This document shows positions 17,445 to 24,820 of a DNA stretch of 64,000 bases, piece after piece. The position numbers and the translations under genes were made by a program. Origin of the DNA: an uncultured Oscillospiraceae bacterium (GTDB lineage Bacteria; Bacillota; Clostridia; Oscillospirales; Oscillospiraceae); assembly GCA_947589545.1 (NCBI GenBank), contig CANQBA010000013.1:3873-67872 (forward strand), read 5' to 3'. The notes under the pieces were generated by a model. It saw only the letters and a list, made by a program, of their open reading frames with translations, did not search any database and had not been told where the DNA came from. Each line of letters begins with the position of its first letter. Position 1 is the stretch's first letter.

Positions 17445-18611
17445 ATGAACGAACAGGAATATGTACCCACCCTGACCTTTGACGCCGCCCCGGCGACCCC
17501 TGTGACCCCCGCGGATCAGCAGGCGGCGGCCCAGGCCGTCGCGGAGCCGCAGGCCCCCGTTGTCACCGCCACCCAGCACGAGGAGAGCCAGCTCTCCGAG
17601 GCGGAGCTGAAGGCGGTGGAGGAGTTCTCCAAGAAGATCGACATCACCGATTCCAACGCCGTTTTGCAGTACGGCGCGGCCAGTCAGAAGAACATCGCCG
17701 ATTTCTCCGGCGCCACGCTCCAGTCCGTCCGCACCAAGGACATGGGCCAGGTGGGCGACATGCTCTCGGATCTGGTGGTAGAGCTGAAGGGCTTCAACTA
17801 CGGCGAGGAGGAGAAAAAGGGACTTTTCGGCTTCAAGCGCAAGGTGGAGAAGCAGATCGCCTCCATCAAATCCCAGTACGACAAGGCGGAGGTGAACGTG
17901 GACAAGATCGCCGGGATGCTGGAGCAGCACCAGATCACCCTGCTGAAGGACGTGGCCACGCTGGATAAGATGTACGACCTGAACCTGGCCTACTACAAGG
18001 AGCTGACCATGTACATCCTGGCCGGCAAGAAGAAGCTTGCCGAGTGCGAGAACACCGTTCTGCCCGAGCTGAAGGCAAAGGCCCAGAAATCCGGGCTCCC
18101 CGAAGACGCCCAGGCGGTGAACGACTATCAGAACATGATCACCCGCTTTGACAAAAAGCTTCACGACCTGGAGCTGACGCGCATGATCTCCGTCCAGATG
18201 TCCCCCCAGATCCGCCTCATCCAGAACAACGACACCCTGATGGTGGAGAAGATCCAGACGTCCCTGGTGAACACCATCCCCCTGTGGAAGAGCCAGATGG
18301 TGCTGGCCCTGGGGCAGGCCCACTCCCAGCAGGCCATGCAGGCCCAGCGGGAGGTCACCAACATGACCAACGAGCTTTTGAAGAAGAACGCCGAGATGCT
18401 GAAAATGGGCTCCGTGGAGATCGCCAAAGAATCCGAGCGGGGTATCGTGGATATTGAGACGCTGAAGGCCACCAACCAGTCTCTCATCGAGACGCTGGAG
18501 GAGGTGCGCACCATCCAGGTGGAGGGCGCCGCCAAGCGCCGTCAGGCCGAGGCGGAGCTGGGCAAGATCGAGTCCGACCTGAAGGCCAAGCTTCTGGAGA
18601 TCAATAAATGA
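17445..18611 (+). CDS. TelA/YaaN-family toxic-anion-resistance protein
   Basis: 388 aa. The coiled-coil-rich TelA pattern runs throughout (FSGATLQSVRTKDMGQVGDMLSDLVVELK...). GGGAGA RBS. Confidence 0.9.
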   Translation: MNEQEYVPTLTFDAAPATPVTPADQQAAAQAVAEPQAPVVTATQHEESQLSEAELKAVEEFSKKIDITDSNAVLQYGAASQKNIADFSGATLQSVRTKDMGQVGDMLSDLVVELKGFNYGEEEKKGLFGFKRKVEKQIASIKSQYDKAEVNVDKIAGMLEQHQITLLKDVATLDKMYDLNLAYYKELTMYILAGKKKLAECENTVLPELKAKAQKSGLPEDAQAVNDYQNMITRFDKKLHDLELTRMISVQMSPQIRLIQNNDTLMVEKIQTSLVNTIPLWKSQMVLALGQAHSQQAMQAQREVTNMTNELLKKNAEMLKMGSVEIAKESERGIVDIETLKATNQSLIETLEEVRTIQVEGAAKRRQAEAELGKIESDLKAKLLEINK

Positions 18612-19207
18612 GCGCCGCCCAGGCAAAGACCTCCCACCCCATCCCCGAGGGCGCTGAGCTTCTCAAAAACCGCCGCTTCGCCGCCGGCGTTTTGGCGGCG
18701 GTGGTGATCCTCGGCGTCCCGCTGGGCTCCGCCAGGAGCCTCCGGCACGCCTCCAAACAGGTGGAGGCGCAGTTCTTCACCGGCGTGGAGGGCCGCGGGG
18801 CCATCGCGGACTTCCTGGAGGACGCAAGCGAGGCCGCCCTGGGTCTTATATCCGTGGGCGCCAAATACGACGCCGCCCTGGAGGAGACGGGGGAGCTCCG
18901 GTTTGACCGCTCCTGCCTCCTGGACGCCATGGAGGGGAAGCGCGTGGCCGGATACGCCGCCGCCAACGCGCTGGTGGTCAAGTCCTTCGGAGCGCTGAAG
19001 GATAAGCTCTGGAGCCTGGAGCTCTCGGAGCAGGACGCCGCCGATGTGGAATACTACGCCAACCAGTTCGAGGGCGCCCAGGGGGCCGTCAACCACGCCG
19101 GCTACAACGAGGCGGTGGAGGAATTCACGGAAAAGACCTTTGACCGGTTCCCGGCCCGCCTGTTCGCCGGGCTTTGGGGCGTGGAACCGCCCGAAAAGTT
19201 TGAATAA
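18608..19207 (+). CDS. Divergent LemA-like membrane-anchored protein
   Basis: ATGA overlap with telA. One N-terminal TM. The C-terminus NQFEGAQGAVNHAGYNEAVEEFTEKTFDRFPARLFAGLWGVEP resembles the LemA C-terminal signature (E-G-x-E-N-R...YN-x-AV..YN....FP...A..FGF). Confidence 0.5.
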   Translation: MSAAQAKTSHPIPEGAELLKNRRFAAGVLAAVVILGVPLGSARSLRHASKQVEAQFFTGVEGRGAIADFLEDASEAALGLISVGAKYDAALEETGELRFDRSCLLDAMEGKRVAGYAAANALVVKSFGALKDKLWSLELSEQDAADVEYYANQFEGAQGAVNHAGYNEAVEEFTEKTFDRFPARLFAGLWGVEPPEKFE

Positions 19208-19220
19208 TGAGGTGTACGCC

Positions 19221-20168
19221 TTGAAAAAAGCTTTATCCCTTGCGCTTTTGTTGTTTCTGTGCCTGTCCCTGGCCGTCCCCGCCCTGGCGCTGACCCAGGG
19301 GGAGAGCTTCTACGTCACCGACGAGACGGGCTCTCTGAGCCGGGACACGGTGGACGAGGTGGTGCGGATCAACGAGGCGCTGGAGGAGAACTACCAGGCC
19401 CACGTTGTGGTGGCCTTTGTGAACTATTTCGGCGATAAGTACGCCGACGAATACGCGGTAAGTCTCTTCAACGAGTGGAGCCTGTCGCCCCGGGGGATGC
19501 TTCTGGTGGTCTCCCCCAAGGAGGGACGCGGCGGCCTGACGGCGGGGACGGAGATCGCGGAGGATTTCACCTCCGACGATATGAACCGCTATCTGGACCG
19601 GTACTTCTGGGACGACTTCGACAAGGGGAAGTACGACAAGGCCGTGACGACGCTGGTGGGGAAGCTCTCCGGCTGGTATGAGGACTACTACGGCCCCGTC
19701 TCCGGCGGAAATGAGGCCCAGACCGGCGGCAGCGCCGCCTCCGGGGCCCTGGCGGGCCTGGGCTTTCTGGGCGTCATTCTGGGCTTTCTTTTCAGGAATA
19801 TTTTCATCATCCTGATCTTCGCGGCGATCATCGTCCTGATCGTTCTGGCGGACAGGCGGCGGTACAGGGGCTATTACATGTCCATCGGGATGCCGGTACC
19901 CCGGTATTACCCCTGGTACATGTTCACCGCCCGCCCCTACCGGGCCTACCGGCGGCCCAGGCCCACGCCCCCTCCCCCGCCCCCGCGGGGCGGGTACAGG
20001 CCCACATCGCGGCCGGCGTCCCGGCCCGCGCCCCGGCCCTCACGTCCCTCCCGCCCCAGCGGCGGCGGACACTCCGGGGGCGGCTTCGGAGGCCGCGGCG
20101 GCAGCGGCGGCTTTGGGGGACACTCCGGCGGCGGACGCTCCGGCGGCGGCTTCGGAGGGAGAAGATAA
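19221..20168 (+). CDS. TPM-domain (YgcG-like) protein with a TM segment and a Pro/Arg then Gly/Arg/Phe low-complexity tail
   Basis: TTG start 8 nt after GAGG. Signal/anchor LKKALSLALLLFLCLSLAVPALA. TPM core FYVTDETGSLS...VVVAFVNYF. Tail ...PRPSRPSRPSGGGHSGGGFGGRGGSGGFGG. Confidence 0.8.
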   Translation: MKKALSLALLLFLCLSLAVPALALTQGESFYVTDETGSLSRDTVDEVVRINEALEENYQAHVVVAFVNYFGDKYADEYAVSLFNEWSLSPRGMLLVVSPKEGRGGLTAGTEIAEDFTSDDMNRYLDRYFWDDFDKGKYDKAVTTLVGKLSGWYEDYYGPVSGGNEAQTGGSAASGALAGLGFLGVILGFLFRNIFIILIFAAIIVLIVLADRRRYRGYYMSIGMPVPRYYPWYMFTARPYRAYRRPRPTPPPPPPRGGYRPTSRPASRPAPRPSRPSRPSGGGHSGGGFGGRGGSGGFGGHSGGGRSGGGFGGRR

Positions 20169-20291
20169 ACATCAAGGGGCTGTGAAAAGCCGAGCTTATA
20201 TCCGCTCGTTTTTCACAGCCTCGTCATATTCAACAGCGGCGAAGCCGCAGCCTTTTTGATCGGCGGCGTTTCAGGAATTCGACGGCGCGTC

Positions 20292-20775
20292 GGGCCGCCT
20301 GGAGAGGCGGCCCCTACGGCGTCTAACGAAGGTTTTCCGGGAATTCGATACATGGGCCGATGTGGTCATCGGCCCCTACGGATGCCCGTTGCGACTTTCC
20401 CGACGCATTACGTTAAACGCGCCCGTACGGGCCGTATTGGGACCCCCATCGGGCCGTTGCCCGATGGGGATAGGAGGAGCGAACCTGGCGAGTGAGCCCG
20501 AACACTTGCAGGGCGAGCCATCGCCAGTTCCACGACGACGTCGGCCGGCCCGTGTGTCGAATTTCCAATAATCTTTCTTCCAACGCCGTACGGGCCGCCG
20601 CCTCGGCGGCCCATGGTGCCACCGAATTCCGCAATATCCAATTGATACGCTTCCGTAGGGGCCGCCTCTCTTGGCGGCCCTCCATATTCAACGGCGGCGA
20701 AGCCGCAGCCTTTTTGATCGGCGGCGTTTCAGGAATTCGACGGCGCGTCGGGCCGCCTGGAGAGGCGGCCCCTAC
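20292..20775. repeat. Cluster of REP-like elements: GTAG/GTAC tetranucleotide plus a GGGCCGnn hairpin, in both orientations (BIME-like)
   Basis: Copies at 20292-20317 (inverted), 20354-20379 (inverted), 20588-20612 (GTAC variant), 20655-20680 (GTAG GGGCCGCC tctctt GGCGGCCC) and 20750-20775 (inverted). Confidence 0.65.
20444..20527. repeat. Copy A of the two-hairpin module with a conserved 25-nt core (paralogue of 53874-53962)
   Basis: CCCCATCGGGC-cgtt-GCCCGATGGGG (20444-69). CTGGCG(20485-90)...CGCCAG(20522-27) enclose TGAGCCCGAACACTTGCAGGGCGAG (20493-517). Confidence 0.6.
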
Positions 20776-20864
20776 GGCGTCTAACGAAAGATAATCGGGA
20801 AGTTGAGGGATTTCGGAGGGAGAAGATAAAAAATTGAGAGGGCAGGAAAAATCCTGTCCTCATT

Positions 20865-21479
20865 TTATGATTCCTTCAGCTCCTGGTCTGTGTCCAGGAT
20901 GAAGTGGTCGCAGCCGTTGATGACGGCGGTGGTGCGGTAGCGGCTGACCTGGGGGATGTTGACGCCGTAGCTGCGGTGGATATGGCCGTGGATGAAATAC
21001 CGGGGCCGGTATTTTTCGATCAGCTCCTGAAAGCACTCAAAGCCCCGGTGGGACAGGGTGTCGAAGTCGTTGAAGCCCCGGATGGGGGCGTGGGCCACGA
21101 TGATATCCACTCCCCCGGCGCGACGGAGCTTCCAGCGCAGCTTATGGATGCGCTTTTCCATCTGGCGCTCGTTGTACATGCTCCGGCCGGTCTTATTGTA
21201 CCGGTAGGAGCCGCCCAGGCCCAGGATCCGCAGGCCGTTGACGGTGACGATGGTGTCCTCCAGGCACTGGCACCCCTCCGGGGGCTTGTCGATGAGGGCG
21301 TCGTCGTGGTTGCCCCGCACGTACAGCAGGGGGCAGTGGGCCATGGTCACCAGAAATTCCAGGTAGTTGCGGCTCAGATCCCCGCAGGAGATGATGAGGT
21401 CGAACTCGTCCAGCTTTCCGGGGCGGTAATAGTCGTAGTATACCGGCGCGGGATCGTCGGATACGACAAGGATCTTCAT
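20865..21479 (-). CDS. Calcineurin-like metallophosphoesterase
   Basis: MKILVVSDD..., CGDL, RGNHDD, VAHAP and HGHIH motifs. ORF 20865..21575 trimmed to the ATG at 21479, 1 nt after the upstream stop. Confidence 0.85.
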   Translation of the reverse strand: MKILVVSDDPAPVYYDYYRPGKLDEFDLIISCGDLSRNYLEFLVTMAHCPLLYVRGNHDDALIDKPPEGCQCLEDTIVTVNGLRILGLGGSYRYNKTGRSMYNERQMEKRIHKLRWKLRRAGGVDIIVAHAPIRGFNDFDTLSHRGFECFQELIEKYRPRYFIHGHIHRSYGVNIPQVSRYRTTAVINGCDHFILDTDQELKES

Positions 21480-21480
21480 A

Positions 21481-23427
21481 TCACGCTTCCCCTCCGGCTT
21501 CCTTCTCGACCTTTTTGGCGCTCTCCACGCCCACGCTCTCCACGGTGGCCTTGCCGGTGGGGGAAAGCTCCTCATAGACGGGGATGCGGCCGTCCACGTT
21601 CTCCACCAGGTAGTCCATGGCGGCGATCTCCTCCATCTCCAGGGGCTTGCCCGCCTCGCCCACGGTGGAGCCGCCCTGGATATGGATGGGGCCGATGAAG
21701 GGATCCACGATCCACCGGGAGATGCCGGCGCGCATGTAGCCCGCCAGACGCCGGGTGCTCTCGGGCACCTCGTCGGTGAGCATCACGTCCACCGCCCCGG
21801 CGGACATGCCCCAGTAGTAGTTGATGGCCTTGCTGGAGCTCTCGTATTCCGCCTGGAGGGTGCCGTTGAACACCTGGCGCAGCAGGCCCTCGTAGTAGAC
21901 GCCCCAGTTCCAGATGGGGGCGGCGATGAGCTTTTTCGTGTCGCCGTTTATGTAGGAGAGGCCCAGCGCCTGGCCCGGCTCGTAGAGGCGGGCGTTGTCC
22001 ATGGAGCTGATGAGGGTGATGCCGCTTTTCGTAAGCCGCGCCATGGCGGCGCTCCGTCCGCCCACGCTGGACCACTCCAGCTGTACCCTGGCGCGGGGGT
22101 TGACCATGCGGGCGCCCAGGGCGAAGGCGTTGATGCCCGCGATCTGCCCGAAGATGGGGTAGTCGCACACGTAGCCGATCCGCCCGTTCTCCGCCAGGGC
22201 CCCGGCCACCGCGCCGATGATGAATTTGGCCTCGTATATCCGGGCGTAGTAGGTGCGCACATAGCGGTGGGATTTGTTGATGGAGCAGTTCATGATCAGC
22301 TTGTCGGGGTTTTCCACCGCCGCCCGCAGGGACGCGGGCAGGAGCACCGGGGAGGTGGTGAAGATCACGTCGCACAGCTCCTTCACCGCCTGGTTGATAG
22401 TCTCCTGGGGCCCCTCGTCCATGGCGTTGAAGTAGGAGACTGTCTCGATCCTGTCCCCGAAGCGCTTATCCACATGCTGGCGGCCCTGCTCGTGGCCGTA
22501 GGTCCAGCCGGAGGTGACGGGATCCTTGTCGTGGACGAAGCCCACCTTCAGACCCCGGACGGCGTTGGTGGTGATGATGACCTTGGACAGAAGGCCCCCC
22601 TTGGGCTCCATGGGGGCGGGCTTTAATTCGATGGGCTCCTTCTCCTGCTGGAGCATCAGCTCCTCCCACAGCATGGAGACGGATTTTTTCAGCTCCGCCG
22701 GCCCCTGCTCGCTGAGATCCGCGAAGGAGTACACCTTCATGTACGCCAGAAGGGCGTCGCCCACGGCGGCGGGGGGCATGGTCTTGCCGGCCTTGTCCTC
22801 AAAGGCCTCCCGGAAATAGTGGTAGACCGTGGAGAATTTGCGCCGCTCCTCCTCCGTCCAGTACTCCTCCGGGTCGCGGCCCAGGAGCTTCAAAAGCGCC
22901 TTGTAGCTGCCCTTTTTGGAGAACTCCAGGAAGTTCACCTTGGTGTATTTATAAAAGTCCAGATATTCGTAGTAGATATCCGTCTCGATGCCCGTGCCGC
23001 GCTCGGGGAGCACCCGGGTCACCTCGGCCTGGATACTCACCGCGCCGAAAAATTTGAGGACGCTGACCCGCTTGTTGCCCTCCTGGACGTAGTAGCGGTT
23101 CATATATTCATAGACCTTGATGGGATCCCGAATGCCGTCGCGCAGATGGCTCTCGCACAGGGCGATCCACTTGCCGGCAAACTCGCTGGTCTCGGACAGC
23201 ACCGGCATGAAATTCCTGGCGAAGCTGTTGGTGCGGCCACGGGTCTTGGTGCCCACGATGAACTCCACGGGAATGGACTGGGTGCCCAGCTTTATCCCCA
23301 GGTTCACCCGCTCGTCGGCCACAAAATCGTCCAGCACCGGCAGGACGGGGCTGATGCCCTTGGCTACGCAGGCGCGGTATTCCTTCTGGCCCAGCTTCAT
23401 GGCCTCTCTGTAATACTGATCAGACAT
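21481..23427 (-). CDS. Cytoplasmic BMP/PnrA-family (nucleoside-binding periplasmic-binding-protein fold) domain protein with an extra N-terminal domain of about 300 aa, possibly ParB/Srx-like
   Basis: Starts MSDQYYREAMK after AAAGGAG. No signal peptide or lipobox. N-terminal IPVEFIVGTKTRGR...KVYEYMNRYYVQEGNKRVSVLKFFG. C-terminal half LKVGFVHDKDPVTSGWTYGHEQGRQHV...GYVCDYPIFGQIAGINAFALGAR is BMP-like. Confidence 0.65.
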   Translation of the reverse strand: MSDQYYREAMKLGQKEYRACVAKGISPVLPVLDDFVADERVNLGIKLGTQSIPVEFIVGTKTRGRTNSFARNFMPVLSETSEFAGKWIALCESHLRDGIRDPIKVYEYMNRYYVQEGNKRVSVLKFFGAVSIQAEVTRVLPERGTGIETDIYYEYLDFYKYTKVNFLEFSKKGSYKALLKLLGRDPEEYWTEEERRKFSTVYHYFREAFEDKAGKTMPPAAVGDALLAYMKVYSFADLSEQGPAELKKSVSMLWEELMLQQEKEPIELKPAPMEPKGGLLSKVIITTNAVRGLKVGFVHDKDPVTSGWTYGHEQGRQHVDKRFGDRIETVSYFNAMDEGPQETINQAVKELCDVIFTTSPVLLPASLRAAVENPDKLIMNCSINKSHRYVRTYYARIYEAKFIIGAVAGALAENGRIGYVCDYPIFGQIAGINAFALGARMVNPRARVQLEWSSVGGRSAAMARLTKSGITLISSMDNARLYEPGQALGLSYINGDTKKLIAAPIWNWGVYYEGLLRQVFNGTLQAEYESSSKAINYYWGMSAGAVDVMLTDEVPESTRRLAGYMRAGISRWIVDPFIGPIHIQGGSTVGEAGKPLEMEEIAAMDYLVENVDGRIPVYEELSPTGKATVESVGVESAKKVEKEAGGEA

Positions 23428-23606
23428 GGGAAAACTCCTTTTCGCAGTTGTCAGCGCCATTTTATCACGGAAAAGGGCGCGGCGCAAGATGGTTTATCCT
23501 CTTTTTCCGCCTCTCCGCCAAAACCCGGCCCCGGTCAGGGCATAAAAACATCTGTCGGACAAAGGCGCGGCGGCCTTTGTCCGACAGTTTCCCCGCCTGG
23601 GGATCG

Positions 23607-24806
23607 TTATTTTTCCAGTCTCGCCCTGACGGCGCCGATGAAGCCGGCGGAGGTGACCTTTTGCACGTCCGGGCCGGGGCAGAGGAGGGCCAGGTCGCCG
23701 GTCATGGTGCCGGCGTTGATGGTGTCCAGGACGGCCTTCTCCAGGCTGTCCGCGAAGGCGGCCAGCGCCCCGTTCCCGTCCATCTCCCCGCGCTTTCTGA
23801 GGGCGCCGGACCAGGCGAAGATGGTGGCTACGGGGTTTGTGGAGGTCTGCTCGCCCTTTAAATACCGGTAATAGTGCCGCGTCACCGTGCCGTGGGCGGC
23901 CTCGTACTCAAAATTCCCGTCCGGGGACACCAGGACGCTGGTCATCATGGCGAGAGACCCGAAGGCGGTGGACACCATGTCGCTCATCACGTCGCCGTCG
24001 TAGTTCTTGCAGGCCCAGATGAAGCCGCCCTTGCTGCGGATGACCCGGGCCACGGCGTCGTCGATGAGGGTGTAAAAATACTCGATGCCCGCGGCCCTGA
24101 ATTTTTCCGCGTACTCCGCGTCGAAGATGCGCTGGAAGATGAACTTGAAGGTCTGGTCGTACTGCTTGGAGATGGTGTCCTTGGTGGAGAACCAGAGATC
24201 CTGCCGGACCGACAGCGCGTACTCAAAGCAGCTGCGGGCGAAGGCCTCGATGGAGCTGTCCTTATTGAACATGGACTGCAAAACCCCGGGGCACTCGTAG
24301 TCGTACACCGTCTGGCGGAAGCTCTCGCCGTTCTCCCCGGTGAAAAGCAGTTCCGCCCTGCCGGGGCCGGGGACGCGGTACTCCGTGGCCTTGTAGACGT
24401 CGCCGTAGGCGTGGCGGGCGATGGTGATGGGCTTCTCCCAGGTGTTGACCACGGGCTTGATGCGGCTTGTCATGATGGGCGCGCGGAAGACCGTGCCGTC
24501 CAGGGCGGCGCGGATGGTGGCGTTGGGGCTCTTCCACATCTCGTGGAGCTTATATTCCTCCACCCGCTGGGCGTTGGGGGTGATGGTGGCGCATTTGACG
24601 GCCACATGCAGCCTCTTTGCGGCCTCGGCGGCCTCCACGGTCACCCGGTCGCCGGTGGCGTCCCGGTTGGGCAGGCCCAGGTCGTAATATTCCGTGTTCA
24701 GCTCTACAAAGGGAGAGAGCAGTTCATCCTTGATCTCCTGCCAGAGGATCCGGGTCATCTCGTCCCCGTCCATCTCCACGATGGGATTCATTTTGATTTT
24801 AGACAT
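23607..24806 (-). CDS. icd: NADP-dependent isocitrate dehydrogenase, eukaryote-like (subfamily II) homodimeric type
   Basis: MSKIKMNPIVEMDGDEMTRILWQEIKDELL..YDLGLPNRDATGDRVT..VKCATITPN closely parallels cytosolic IDH1-type enzymes. A terminator hairpin lies at about 23556-23596. Confidence 0.95.
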   Translation of the reverse strand: MSKIKMNPIVEMDGDEMTRILWQEIKDELLSPFVELNTEYYDLGLPNRDATGDRVTVEAAEAAKRLHVAVKCATITPNAQRVEEYKLHEMWKSPNATIRAALDGTVFRAPIMTSRIKPVVNTWEKPITIARHAYGDVYKATEYRVPGPGRAELLFTGENGESFRQTVYDYECPGVLQSMFNKDSSIEAFARSCFEYALSVRQDLWFSTKDTISKQYDQTFKFIFQRIFDAEYAEKFRAAGIEYFYTLIDDAVARVIRSKGGFIWACKNYDGDVMSDMVSTAFGSLAMMTSVLVSPDGNFEYEAAHGTVTRHYYRYLKGEQTSTNPVATIFAWSGALRKRGEMDGNGALAAFADSLEKAVLDTINAGTMTGDLALLCPGPDVQKVTSAGFIGAVRARLEK

Positions 24807-24820
24807 AGTTTTTACCTCGG

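Larger units (their letters stand above)
20151..20829. repeat. Composite 660-bp non-coding insert bounded by 19-bp direct repeats. Contains two 106-bp direct repeats and several REP-like hairpins.
   Basis: TTCGGAGGGAGAAGATAAA occurs at 20151-20169 (last codons and stop of the TPM gene) and again at 20811-20829. The segments 20225-20330 and 20683-20788 are 105/106 identical. Confidence 0.75.

Noticed and set aside
16607-20168. Tellurite-resistance (ter) operon or phage-defence role for the TelA cluster.
   Set aside because: Only TelA/XpaC/LemA-like/TPM are present. There are no terZABCDE, TerY, vWA or kinase genes, so a generic envelope-stress module is the conservative reading.
20256-20794. 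Several 69-100-aa ORFs on both strands inside the REP-rich insert.
   Set aside because: The peptides are R/P/G/W-rich and have no RBS. The ORFs run straight through palindromic hairpins and the 106-bp repeats.
20200-20830. Possible CRISPR array, because of closely spaced repeats.
   Set aside because: The repeats are 106 bp or are individual palindromic hairpins in both orientations with irregular spacing. There is no uniform repeat-spacer periodicity and no cas genes.
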